Shown: positions 35,765-44,125 of the stretch, in pieces
How positions within the stretch are numbered: the stretch's first letter is position 1
How the letters are laid out: each line of letters starts with the position of its first letter
Virus record (IMG/VR): IMGVR_UViG_3300005804_000105
Coordinates: 1 to 44,125 of that record
Reading direction: 5' to 3' (one strand)
Length of the DNA stretch: 44,125 nucleotides
Source: a virus
Lineage: Duplodnaviria; Caudoviricetes
Notes under the pieces: model-generated
The model's database searches: none
What the model was told of the DNA's origin: nothing
Seen by the model: the letters and a program-made list of their open reading frames with translations, nothing else
Program-made: the position numbers and the translations under genes

Positions 35765-36390
35765 GGTAACACCTCCAGGAAATCTTCCCATGCGGTAAGT
35801 GGATAGCTGTTGACTGTTCCGAAGCGTTCATCATTGGTTTCGCACTGTCTGATCTCGATGGATCGAGCGCGGCAGTAAGCCGAGAGTTGTTTGCCAATAG
35901 CCTGGCACTTAGAAAGGCTCCAGTTTCTGCCGAATACTTTGTTGTACTTCGCCACTGTGTAAAACTGTAGGGAAGTGTTCAGTGCGATTTCAAGTGTTTC
36001 ATTTTCTACAGTGAGGGAGAGAATCCGACTTTCAGCCTCAATAGCGCGCTGATGAGCGATCTGTAAAGCGCGTTCAACGACCTTTTCAGGACAGTTCCAT
36101 GCCTCTTCAGCTGCTATGAAATACTGACGATATTTTCTTCCCATATCGCTTCGCTGAAGCATACAGAGTTCTTTTGCCATTGCGATTGAGATGGCGTGGT
36201 CGATGCTGGGCCGGCCTCCGGTACTTTCGCGCAAATTTGAGCAAAAGTCCTTACCTTCCTTAAAACCATACTCACACATACGAGGGAACCAGTCTTTATA
36301 AGGTGTTGCGACCTCCAGAGCTTCGTGGAGGGCTCGCCCACTGACGGTTGGTTTATCGCTTTCATAATTGATTTGGATAAGCTCTCTCAT
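35752..36390 (-). CDS. AntA/AntB-family antirepressor
   Basis: VSGRALHEALEV.T.YKDWF.RM.EYGF..GGRP..MAKELCMLQR. Confidence 0.9.
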   Translation of the reverse strand: MRELIQINYESDKPTVSGRALHEALEVATPYKDWFPRMCEYGFKEGKDFCSNLRESTGGRPSIDHAISIAMAKELCMLQRSDMGRKYRQYFIAAEEAWNCPEKVVERALQIAHQRAIEAESRILSLTVENETLEIALNTSLQFYTVAKYNKVFGRNWSLSKCQAIGKQLSAYCRARSIEIRQCETNDERFGTVNSYPLTAWEDFLEVLPCVI

Positions 36391-36806
36391 TTAGTGACCT
36401 CCTCACATCGGCTGGTAAAATATCGAATGGGTAGACCTCTTCGTTTTGCTTTTGCGATCTCTCGTGACATACCATCTGTGATGCGTTCACCGAACACCCA
36501 CAGCTCCTCGCATTTTGTTAGTAATGTCAGAGCGAATCTGAGTCCAAGTTCACGCTGATCTTTGTCATCGTCATCCATAAACTGTGGGTAGAGTAGGTGC
36601 GGGGTAAGGGGGATAAAGCCTTTACTGATGGCGAACCTTGAGTAGCCCTGGGCCCTCTCAATATTTCGATGAATGTCCCCAGCAAACGGTGAGGCGATGT
36701 AGACAAGTGACCGATAGGTTTGTGTCGTGAGTTCTTCGTTTTCTACAGAAGTAAGTGCTTCATATGCAGTTGGGTCGAAGTAGTGTTCGTGATTAAATTT
36801 ATCCAT
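36387..36806 (-). CDS. DUF4406 / nucleoside deoxyribosyltransferase-like protein
   Basis: VYIASPFAG, PHLLYPQF, CEELWVFG....GM..EI; start set at MDKFN after GGAGG. Confidence 0.8.
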   Translation of the reverse strand: MDKFNHEHYFDPTAYEALTSVENEELTTQTYRSLVYIASPFAGDIHRNIERAQGYSRFAISKGFIPLTPHLLYPQFMDDDDKDQRELGLRFALTLLTKCEELWVFGERITDGMSREIAKAKRRGLPIRYFTSRCEEVTK

Positions 36807-36845
36807 GTTAATCCTCCAATCTCTGGGGGCAACGCTCCCCTCTAA

Positions 36846-36879
36846 TATACACAGGACATTTTGTGGCATTCTGAGTACC
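36846..36879 (-). promoter_or_regulatory. Putative phage sigma-factor promoter, copy 2 (GGTACTCA-13 nt-TGTCCTGTGTATA)
   Basis: Same boxes and spacing as 41113-41146. Confidence 0.7.
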
Positions 36880-36886
36880 AAAACCG

Positions 36887-38827
36887 TCAATCTTTTTGAT
36901 AAAAGTTGCATTCAAACCCGTCAGCCCTTAGTAATAGGCCATTTGCCCAGGGTGGGGTTTGACCCATTATTTCGCAGATGGTTTTGACTGACACCTCTGG
37001 TTCAGCTTCAATAACGATTTCATCATGAACATGCATGACAATCGGATAATTTTGGAGGTTCTTCATGGCGAAGCAGAGGATGTCTCGACTTATCGCCTGG
37101 ACGATATTTTCGACAAACTTTGGACCATAGCTTTCGATGCGTTCCCACTTCTTCGTAGCACCAACACCTTCGTAGGTGACACATTCTGAGCCAAACTGAT
37201 TTGTGCCGATTCGTGGTTTGACATATGAGAGTCTTCGTCCTGAGGGGAGACTGATAAAAAGCATCCCACTTTGACATGAAAAGCGAATGCCATGTGTCTC
37301 TGTGGTGGTGCGTTCCTTGACGGACTTTTTCACCGCGCGGTCAACGTCCCACCAGAGCCTAACGATATTGGGATTGGATGCACGCCAGGCAGTGACGAGG
37401 GGCTGGAGCTCATCTTCAGTTAGTCCCATCTCGAGGGCGCCCATGGCCTTCAGCGCGCCAACTGAGCCTCCGTAACCAAGTCCAAGCTCGGCTATCTTGC
37501 CTTTCTGACGAAGATGAGCATTTGTTCCGTTCTTTTCGACAGGAACACGGAACATCTGTGAGGCTGACGCACAGTAGATATCACCACCAGAGGTAAAGAC
37601 ATCCAGGCGCCACTTTTCACCAGCAAGCCAGGCGATGACCCTTGCTTCGATTGCTGAGAAGTCCGCCACGACGAACTTATATCCAGGCTTTGGAATAAAG
37701 GCAGTTCTGATGAGTTCAGAGAGAACTTCTGGTATGGAGTCATACAGCATTACAATCGCTTCAAAGTTGCTGTTTCTGACAAGGCTGCGTGCCTGTTCCA
37801 AGTCTTCTAAATGGTTCTGCGGTAGATTTTGAATTTGTATAAGACGCCCTGCCCATCGACCGGTTCGATTTGCACCATAATATTGTGCCATTCCACGTGC
37901 GCGGCCATCTGAGCAGACGGCACTATCCATCGCGGCATATTTTTTTATGGATGATTTCGCAAGCGACTGCCTAAGTGATAGCACTTTTCCGAGTGGTTCA
38001 GGAGCTGTCTTTAAGAGTTCTTCAACTGCTTTTTTGCCAAGTGTATCTGTTTCAAGACCTTGGTCCGACAGCCATTCTTTCATTTGGGCAACTGAGTTGG
38101 GATTCTGTAGGTCAGTGATTTCTCGCATCATGCGTATCAGTTCTGCACGTGACTGACCATCCATTTTGATTGCTTGATGCACCAGTTCCATATCCAGAGC
38201 TACACCACGGTCGTTGATTTCCTGGTCAAGGTGATACTCATCCCACACATTTTCAGGTAATGGAAATTTAGATAGCTTTTCATGGATAGCCATTTCGACT
38301 TCGACGTCACGGACGTTATAAGCCTTAAATGCTGACCATTTCTCAGGGGCATGAGTGGGGAGATTGCGTGTTCGACCGCCATTTGAAGCAGTTGCGTTAC
38401 AAGGCATGCAGAAATACCGGATTAATTCTTTTCCTTCTTTTAACTTTTGCTTATCAAGGCCGAGAACAGCACCAACGCCTTCAAGGGATAAGGGTAGTCC
38501 CATATAGGCAGACCAGATCATGGTGCAGCGCCAAGAAGCGGGCTTTAGATATTTCCCAGTAGGATATCCAAGGTACCGGGATAAGCAGATGCGCTCGAAT
38601 GCGCTGTTGTGGGCGAATTTTATAACCAAGTCATCTGTAATTGTAGAGAGTATCTCCTCTGGAATTTTCTCACCACTCGCAAGATCGATAACTTCTACCG
38701 GACCGCCATCAATGGTGAATCCTAATAGAAGAATTTCAAAATCTGGAGATTCTACATATCTGAAAACTCCTGACTTCGCTAGGTTAAGGCTGCTATAGGT
38801 TTCTAAATCTAGATGTATGTGCTTCAT
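36887..38827 (-). CDS. Phage DNA polymerase, family A
   Basis: DLETYS exonuclease; ADFSAIEAR motif A; RQKGKIAELGLGYG motif B; HVHDE motif C. Confidence 0.95.
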   Translation of the reverse strand: MKHIHLDLETYSSLNLAKSGVFRYVESPDFEILLLGFTIDGGPVEVIDLASGEKIPEEILSTITDDLVIKFAHNSAFERICLSRYLGYPTGKYLKPASWRCTMIWSAYMGLPLSLEGVGAVLGLDKQKLKEGKELIRYFCMPCNATASNGGRTRNLPTHAPEKWSAFKAYNVRDVEVEMAIHEKLSKFPLPENVWDEYHLDQEINDRGVALDMELVHQAIKMDGQSRAELIRMMREITDLQNPNSVAQMKEWLSDQGLETDTLGKKAVEELLKTAPEPLGKVLSLRQSLAKSSIKKYAAMDSAVCSDGRARGMAQYYGANRTGRWAGRLIQIQNLPQNHLEDLEQARSLVRNSNFEAIVMLYDSIPEVLSELIRTAFIPKPGYKFVVADFSAIEARVIAWLAGEKWRLDVFTSGGDIYCASASQMFRVPVEKNGTNAHLRQKGKIAELGLGYGGSVGALKAMGALEMGLTEDELQPLVTAWRASNPNIVRLWWDVDRAVKKSVKERTTTETHGIRFSCQSGMLFISLPSGRRLSYVKPRIGTNQFGSECVTYEGVGATKKWERIESYGPKFVENIVQAISRDILCFAMKNLQNYPIVMHVHDEIVIEAEPEVSVKTICEIMGQTPPWANGLLLRADGFECNFYQKD

Positions 38828-38898
38828 GAAGGTTTGATCGTCCTTTCGAAAATCATGTCGGGGTGGCAGACTGCTCCACCACCCCGCAAGATTGAATT

Positions 38899-39468
38899 TT
38901 AAGCGAGGAAGTCTACTTCATCTTCAGTGTCAAAATCATCCTCAGCGCTGGACTTGCCACCAAGAGGTTCTCCGTCTCGGATCTTCTGGAGGTTATTGAG
39001 CGAAACTGCAATCCCTTTGTTTCCGTTGCTGTTGAAGGCATAAAAGTTAACGCTGGCGCGACCGTAAACTCCGCTGTACACCTCAGATCGATTTAAGATT
39101 GGATTACGATCGTTATCGACGATACCAGGTGCCGTGGCTGAATTGGCGTTAATGAAGTAAGCATTAGCATATGCGGTATCATCTGGACGTTCGACATCGC
39201 CATCGCGAAGAGGCGTTTTGATGGTTGAAAGGGGAGGTACAGACTTGCCGCTGCCTTTTAGCTTAGCTTCGCCCTCATGGTAGGCTGCTTCAATGGCTGC
39301 TTTGATCTTAGATATAGTGGCAGTATCTGATTTTGGGATGATGAGGCTGACACTGTACTTCGGAGTACTGCCATTAATAGCTTTTGGTTCCCAAATATTG
39401 GCGTAAGACCAGCGGGTATTTGGACCTGTGATAACCTTTAAAGGATTGCTTAATTGTTTGTTTGACAT
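38899..39468 (-). CDS. DUF2815 single-stranded DNA-binding protein
   Basis: SYANIWEPK, PLRDGD, YSGVYGR, DGEPLGG, acidic tail. Confidence 0.92.
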   Translation of the reverse strand: MSNKQLSNPLKVITGPNTRWSYANIWEPKAINGSTPKYSVSLIIPKSDTATISKIKAAIEAAYHEGEAKLKGSGKSVPPLSTIKTPLRDGDVERPDDTAYANAYFINANSATAPGIVDNDRNPILNRSEVYSGVYGRASVNFYAFNSNGNKGIAVSLNNLQKIRDGEPLGGKSSAEDDFDTEDEVDFLA

Positions 39469-39480
39469 TTGATTTTCCTC

Positions 39481-40602
39481 CTAATTTTCAATAAAGTCGT
39501 TTTGTGCAGTGTGGAATGCTGGACGTTTGTCAGTCTCGGGTACAAGTGTGGGTTTACCTTCAGGTTTTTCGATGAAGCCACTGAGAAGGTCTTCAAATCG
39601 CTTCTTGCCGAGGAGTGTTGACATAGCAGTGATGCCAAGAACCTTATGCTCATAGGGATCAAATCCTGCAGCTTTTACAGTTTCAGCTACGGACGATTCA
39701 TCTTTGTATTTTCGAGTAGAGCGGCCGGCGACGAGCTTCCAACCGTGCCACTGTTTGCCGCTAAGCGCAGAGTGGAGGGCATAATCTTTAATGTCAGATG
39801 CCCAAGAGATCAGGTTATCAATTTTTTCTAAGATCTCCTCGATCTCATCATCTGTAAGCAGTGGTGGTAGTTTGAAGTCGAACCTCGCAAGGTCTAAGTT
39901 AACCTCAGCTCTTTCGCGGCAGTCATACTTCACTTTACAAAACCGGCACCACTCACCACAGCTGAAATCTCCATCGCCTGAGAATGCAAGTTCAGCAGTG
40001 GGCTTTAGGATTTCTTCTGCCCACTGGTATAGGGATTCCTTGAATACCGTGTGGGTAGAAACGTTGTCCCTCCGGGGCTGAAAGATAACCATGGTTACCG
40101 TGTCGATGTCGTAGATACCGTCAAAGACTTCAAGGGCACCAAGAGCGTACAGCTTCATTTGTGGATTATCATTTGCTTCAACCTGAACGCCCTGACCGTA
40201 CTTAAAGTCAATGATATGAAGGGTGCCATCAGAGATGATGATGCAGTCGCCAGTGCCAAAGCCACCTTCAACATATTTTGAGTAGTCAAGCCGCTGTTCG
40301 ATTAAGACAACTGGATCAGCGCAGGTTTGCTTTGCTGTTTCAAAAAGCTCCAGGATATAGGTGGCATAGCCTCCAGCGCATTCTTCCATTTCTTCTGTGT
40401 AGTAGGTGAGGGTAGGGGTGGGGTCTTCGGACATAATGCCTAGTGCGGACTTAAGTTTGTGCTCAGAGAGTAAATGAGCCTCTGAGCCTTCTGCGGCGTA
40501 ATTACTATCTTTGTCCTCATAGCACTCACTTAGCCTTGCCGAGGGCGGGCAGTGAAGCCACCTGTGAGATGAGGATGCCGAAAGTAGTGCATGTTTAGCC
40601 AT
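39481..40602 (-). CDS. DUF2800 Cas4-like PD-(D/E)xK nuclease
   Basis: HALLSASSSHRW..CP, FGTGD, IDFKYG, QMKLYALG, WCRFC; start set at MAKHA. Confidence 0.92.
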   Translation of the reverse strand: MAKHALLSASSSHRWLHCPPSARLSECYEDKDSNYAAEGSEAHLLSEHKLKSALGIMSEDPTPTLTYYTEEMEECAGGYATYILELFETAKQTCADPVVLIEQRLDYSKYVEGGFGTGDCIIISDGTLHIIDFKYGQGVQVEANDNPQMKLYALGALEVFDGIYDIDTVTMVIFQPRRDNVSTHTVFKESLYQWAEEILKPTAELAFSGDGDFSCGEWCRFCKVKYDCRERAEVNLDLARFDFKLPPLLTDDEIEEILEKIDNLISWASDIKDYALHSALSGKQWHGWKLVAGRSTRKYKDESSVAETVKAAGFDPYEHKVLGITAMSTLLGKKRFEDLLSGFIEKPEGKPTLVPETDKRPAFHTAQNDFIEN

Positions 40603-40918
40603 TGCCAAGCACCACGGCTTCAGCGAGAAGTGCAGGGTACTTAGATGGGCTGATTTCTGAAAGCTTTTCTGCGCCATGTTTTAAGAGAAGCGATCTCACC
40701 TCGGCGGTATGACCATCGCGAGACTTCTCAGAAAGAACAGACCTGATTTCTTCAAGAGTGATCACTTTTTCTGGAACAGGAAAATGTGACTCATTTGTAC
40801 TAACTTTGGGCTCGCTGCTACTGAGTAGTTCGGTCAAGGATTCTGATATTCCAATCAGCAGTTCGCCGCAGCGTCTTAGTTCATCTACAGCTTGGGATAT
40901 TTCACTCATCTTGCTCAC
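40595..40918 (-). CDS. Conserved small replication-module protein
   Basis: ITLEEIR.VL..KSR.G....V..LL.KHGA.KLSEI....Y..LL; GTG start after AAAGGAG. Confidence 0.8.
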   Translation of the reverse strand: MSKMSEISQAVDELRRCGELLIGISESLTELLSSSEPKVSTNESHFPVPEKVITLEEIRSVLSEKSRDGHTAEVRSLLLKHGAEKLSEISPSKYPALLAEAVVLGNG

Positions 40919-41072
40919 TTTGGTCTTCTCCTTTCGTTTCTTCCTGAGCTTCTTGCGATAGGACATTTAGCTTCTGCGCCAGGCGTTTGGCGACGACACT
41001 GATTGCTGTAAGGACGTCTGCGAGGTCCTCATCAGTATGTGGATCGTGAGTTTGGATGTTCGCTGTTTGCAT
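40902..41072 (-). CDS. Small hypothetical protein, 56 aa (MQTANIQTHDPHTDEDLADVLTAISVVAKRLAQKL...)
   Basis: Translated by hand; RBS GGAGGTG; L.AISVVAKRLA motif. Confidence 0.75.
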   Translation of the reverse strand: MQTANIQTHDPHTDEDLADVLTAISVVAKRLAQKLNVLSQEAQEETKGEDQSEQDE

Positions 41073-41112
41073 ATTGCACCTCCATTCAGAGGGCGGTGTT
41101 TTAATCCCTCAC

Positions 41113-41146
41113 TATACACAGGACAGTTTTGGTGTTTTTGAGTACC
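41113..41146 (-). promoter_or_regulatory. Putative phage sigma-factor promoter, copy 1
   Basis: GGTACTCA-13 nt-TGTCCTGTGTATA, 3 nt after the sigma-like gene stop. Confidence 0.7.
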
Positions 41147-41149
41147 GTA

Positions 41150-41821
41150 TTATTTGAAATTTTTTAGTTTTTCCCTGAGATAGGTGAATAGCTTTTGTTT
41201 TCGCTTGTTGACTGCTTTCTGGGATAGTCCGGTTTTAGCTGCGATTTCACGTTCTGGGAGGCCGATGCTAAAGAGTTCAATAATTCTGCGGCTATTTGGG
41301 TCAAGCTCGTTTAAAATATCAAACAGCTCATCGAGGAGGAGTTTGTCTGCAACCAGTTCTTCGACATCAATTTTGTCAGCTGGCTCGAATCCAAAATCCT
41401 CTTGGAAACTATCGAGTGAGTAGGGTGTTCCAGATCGCTGCTTAATGCAGTTACTACAGTCTTTGGTGCAGCGGTTGCCATTTTCATCTCGGCAGCGCTT
41501 TGCGCGTTCATTTCTTTTGTGTTCTGACCAGTTCGGTCTCATGTAGGCTTGGTAAACTTCTTCAGTGACTGGAATTTTTTGACCTTCGATTTCGATGAAG
41601 TGCTGATTGGTGAATGAACGTCGATATTTAACATTAAAAGTGTTCCCTTCCTCATGTGAGAAAAGTTCATTTCGTTCGTGTTCTTGCTGTCTGCGGCGAT
41701 AAACGTTGATGTCACAGTAGCAGTTGTCGTAGTTGCTTTTGCTAACATGAATCCATTTGTGCAGGTCTTTGTGGTAGATTGTGGGTTCGATGGATTGATT
41801 TAGATTTTCTTTGTTTGGCAT
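41150..41821 (-). CDS. Sigma-70 region 4-containing phage sigma-like factor
   Basis: IPVTEEVY..Y.R..W, SLD, EREIA...GLSQKAVNKRK HTH. Confidence 0.85.
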   Translation of the reverse strand: MPNKENLNQSIEPTIYHKDLHKWIHVSKSNYDNCYCDINVYRRRQQEHERNELFSHEEGNTFNVKYRRSFTNQHFIEIEGQKIPVTEEVYQAYMRPNWSEHKRNERAKRCRDENGNRCTKDCSNCIKQRSGTPYSLDSFQEDFGFEPADKIDVEELVADKLLLDELFDILNELDPNSRRIIELFSIGLPEREIAAKTGLSQKAVNKRKQKLFTYLREKLKNFK

Positions 41822-41827
41822 AATAAA

Positions 41828-41952
41828 GGCTCCTTTGAATTTCAGATTTTTGAAATCCGCCAGAACCTCGTATCCGCAAAAAGGAAAGACGACAGGAGGG
41901 AATACCCTTACGGGTCATTCTGCACTGTCGTCAAAGCAATCTGGCGGATTTC
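41828..41952 (-). ncRNA. Candidate structured cis-regulatory RNA in the leader of the sigma-like gene
   Basis: 13-bp outer stem (41852-64/41940-52), 8-bp inner stem (41888-95/41925-32), terminal ACCC-GTAA-GGGT GNRA loop on minus strand. Confidence 0.6.
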
Positions 41953-41964
41953 GATGTGAAGTTT

Positions 41965-42171
41965 TTAAATCTGTAAGCTATCCTGTGACGGAATCACGAT
42001 TGTTTCAGCTTGGCTGTCTCCTGCCTGAAATCTCAATGTACAGCCTTCTTTTGGAAGAGGGACTTGTCGGACGTTCTTGCCGTCAATAATTGTAAGTGTG
42101 TAGGTGCAGACATCCAATGTGCCGTAAAGTTTACCCTTCGATGTTCGGAGTTCTTTCGTCATAAACATCAA
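41965..42171 (-). CDS. Small hypothetical protein
   Basis: Co-oriented ORF with RBS AAAGG; GKLYG.LD.....L.I.DG. Confidence 0.6.
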   Translation of the reverse strand: MMFMTKELRTSKGKLYGTLDVCTYTLTIIDGKNVRQVPLPKEGCTLRFQAGDSQAETIVIPSQDSLQI

Positions 42172-42178
42172 CCTTTCT

Positions 42179-42226
42179 AAAAAAAACAGCCGGATGCATC
42201 ACGATTAACTCGTAACACATCCGGCT
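42179..42226 (-). terminator. Intrinsic terminator / attenuator after the Com-like gene
   Basis: Minus strand AGCCGGATG...CATCCGGCT followed by G and a T run. Confidence 0.7.
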
Positions 42227-42236
42227 ATTTGGTCAC

Positions 42237-42437
42237 TCACATTCGGTGCCGTTGCTCGGTATGGGTTTTAACAGGATTCTTTTCCGGTGTAAAGTTTGAA
42301 TTTCGCTCGATAGACACGACATTACGACAGTGAATACATTTAATGCGTATTGATATGCATCCCTGCCATTCAAGGTCAAAAATTCGTTTGTTACAGTTAG
42401 GGCATTTGACCGTTTCTTGCAAATTTGTCCCCTCCAA
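42237..42437 (-). CDS. Small Zn-ribbon protein resembling Mu Com
   Basis: VKCPNCNKRIFD......I.IKC..C. Confidence 0.6.
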   Translation of the reverse strand: MEGTNLQETVKCPNCNKRIFDLEWQGCISIRIKCIHCRNVVSIERNSNFTPEKNPVKTHTEQRHRM

Positions 42438-42512
42438 CGCAACACAGCGGAAAAGCTGAATAGCGAAGTTTTTTGTTAAAAAATAGAGAATTCGTTGTAG
42501 CTATTCACACAA

Positions 42513-43211
42513 TTAATAGCCTCGCTCGATGAGACGAATTTCTACAGACTGCTTGGACACCTGAAAAAAGTCCGCTAAGCTTTTAACGACAGCTCGATGC
42601 TGATACCAACTGCCACGTATACCCGCTTTATTCGAATGCTCCTCAATAAATTGATTCGCCATTTCATCAAATTGTTCAGGTGGCATAAGAATGCGCGGAG
42701 CGATACCCCTTGCCTGCCACTCCATCCAGTCCTCGTCTGACCAATTCGTTTTGCCGGATTCATCATATGCTTCAAACCCACAATGGATTCTCGCCGCCTT
42801 TTGAGGATCGACTACAGAAATGGCGATATGATAGTCTCGGTGTTTGTGCCAATGGAAAGCTTCGTGAGCGATTGTGTTATTCTTGCATCCCTCATTGCGC
42901 TTGGCAATGGTGTCAGGATCGATAATCATCGTGCCGTACCGCGCTTTTACCATTTTGTATGAATTATCTTCCTTGTCGTAAATCTCGGTCAGGCCACTTG
43001 TAAAACACATTTGACCCAGAACACTAAAATCCTCGCTTAGCCGTTTTTCGACAACACGCAAACCCATACGGTGGCGGGCAATATACAGGATTGGCACCGC
43101 CATAGGGCGTTTCAAGGCTTCTGGATGATACTTCGCCAGAAACTTCAAAGCTTCTTTATCAAATTCTTCCCGACAGATATGAGGAGCATTTGATGAAAGC
43201 AATACAGACAT
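42513..43211 (-). CDS. ImmA/IrrE-family metallopeptidase
   Basis: TIAHEAFHW (HExxH), EWQA..IA..ILMP, LA..FQVS..S..IRL. Confidence 0.9.
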   Translation of the reverse strand: MSVLLSSNAPHICREEFDKEALKFLAKYHPEALKRPMAVPILYIARHRMGLRVVEKRLSEDFSVLGQMCFTSGLTEIYDKEDNSYKMVKARYGTMIIDPDTIAKRNEGCKNNTIAHEAFHWHKHRDYHIAISVVDPQKAARIHCGFEAYDESGKTNWSDEDWMEWQARGIAPRILMPPEQFDEMANQFIEEHSNKAGIRGSWYQHRAVVKSLADFFQVSKQSVEIRLIERGY

Positions 43212-43225
43212 TTAATCCCTCCCTG

Positions 43226-43612
43226 TTATTTATCTTCCTTATTGATATCGTCAAGCACCTTTTTCCAAAAGTCGTCGCCAAGATTTTTCTCATTAGCACG
43301 GCGTAGAGCCTTTCGGACATGGGGCAATTGTGTGGACATCAAATATTCGGGCAAATCAGGCGCTGCTGTATCCCTTTCACGCCCCGCAAGATCAAACATT
43401 TCCTCTTTTTCATCGGGTGTAAGCTGTAAGACGACTGCGATTTTCTCGAGAATATGCATCTCTGGCGGTTTTCGCCTGCCCTTGACGATATCCGAGAGGT
43501 AGGACGCCGTCATGCCCATTGCATCGGCAATATCTTTCAATTTTATGTCTTCGCCACCGATACCACGACCTTTTCTCTTGTTGTCGATGTATGCGCCAAA
43601 TTCTCCAGCCAT
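43226..43612 (-). CDS. Xre-family HTH repressor (ImmR-like)
   Basis: LKDIADAMGMTASYLSDIVKGRR.PP; directly upstream of the ImmA-like gene. Confidence 0.9.
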   Translation of the reverse strand: MAGEFGAYIDNKRKGRGIGGEDIKLKDIADAMGMTASYLSDIVKGRRKPPEMHILEKIAVVLQLTPDEKEEMFDLAGRERDTAAPDLPEYLMSTQLPHVRKALRRANEKNLGDDFWKKVLDDINKEDK

Positions 43613-43649
43613 AGCGTTCTCCTTTCTGCATGCGGTATTAACGCCGCGC

Positions 43650-43669
43650 AGCGAATTAGCAAATTCGCT
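43650..43669. promoter_or_regulatory. Perfect inverted repeat, candidate operator
   Basis: AGCGAATT-AGCA-AATTCGCT. Confidence 0.65.
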
Positions 43670-43678
43670 TATGTGCGT

Positions 43679-43707
43679 ATTTTATAACGCGCTGGGAAAT
43701 TTGTCAA
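43679..43707 (-). promoter_or_regulatory. sigmaA promoter for the xre-immA operon
   Basis: Minus strand TTGACA-17 nt-TAAAAT. Confidence 0.75.
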
Positions 43708-43918
43708 GTCGATTCTCGCGGTACCCATGCTTACCCCGTGCTTGTACCTCTTGCATCATCTTGTATGCGCAAGGGGCGCAAAAAGTAATTGTGGAGATAT
43801 CAACTAGAATTCGTGACTTCTCATCATTTTCGATTGCGGTAGTTTGGTGATTGATATATAATCAATTAACAGACTTTTACATTTTAGATTCTAAGAAACC
43901 TGAAGGTGAGGTAATCAA

Positions 43919-44125
43919 ATGGCAATAAGTTATAAGCGGCTATGGAAACTTCTTATTGACCGTGACCTTAAAAAGAAAGACCTACCGTCTTTGGCAGGCA
44001 TTAGCTCTGCATCAGTTACAAAATTAGGAAAGAACGAGAACGTAAATACAGAGATCCTCGAAAAAATATGTCGAGCGTTAGAATGTGACATTTCCGATAT
44101 CATGGAGATGACCGACGACAAGTAA
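43919..44125 (+). CDS. Cro/C1-type HTH regulator (HTH_26-like)
   Basis: ISYKRLWKLLIDR.LKK.DL...AGIS.....KL...E.V....L.KIC.AL.C.I.DI; divergent from xre. Confidence 0.9.
   Translation: MAISYKRLWKLLIDRDLKKKDLPSLAGISSASVTKLGKNENVNTEILEKICRALECDISDIMEMTDDK

Larger units (their letters stand above)
195..44125. mobile_element. Temperate siphovirus prophage (HK97-type head, non-contractile tail, serine recombinase integration module); exact boundaries not visible
   Basis: Co-oriented regulation, replication, packaging, head, tail, lysis and recombinase modules in the order typical of Firmicutes prophages. Confidence 0.93.

Noticed and set aside
38859-38886. GC hairpin between SSB and polymerase as a terminator
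   Set aside because: No clear U-tract on the coding strand; may only stabilise the mRNA
39481-40602. Cas4-like nuclease as a sign of CRISPR-Cas
   Set aside because: DUF2800-type replication gene in its usual context; no repeat-spacer array or other cas genes seen
156-43850. Numerous short plus-strand and alternative-frame ORFs in the track
   Set aside because: Shadows of well-supported minus-strand genes with no recognisable motifs; only 24978-25226 and 43919-44125 accepted on the plus strand

Overview
The window is almost entirely one temperate siphovirus prophage or phage-like element of a Firmicutes host (probably Clostridia-like). Nearly all genes lie on the minus strand. From right to left it carries: an Xre/ImmA/Cro regulatory switch; a sigma-like factor with replication genes (DUF2800 nuclease, DUF2815 SSB, family A DNA polymerase, AntA, VapE, VRR-NUC, SNF2); an ArpU-like late activator; an AT-rich two-gene insert flanked by a duplicated late-promoter motif; HNH/TerS/cos; a ParB-methyltransferase; accessory genes including an opposite-strand AbrB variant; a TerL interrupted by a Gln-starting class 3 intein; HK97-type head genes; an unusual 5 kb fibre module between capsid and connector; tail genes with a -1 frameshift; holin and endolysin; and two large serine recombinases. 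The most striking observation is the fibre module (13468-18285). It encodes a small collar-fibre-like subunit and two adhesin-tipped proteins that share an 18/20-aa basic repeat, and what looks like one FN3 domain is split between the two proteins, suggesting a branched, ruler-templated appendage. No att sites, RNA genes or CRISPR arrays were recognised. All family assignments come from motif recognition by eye, not database searches.
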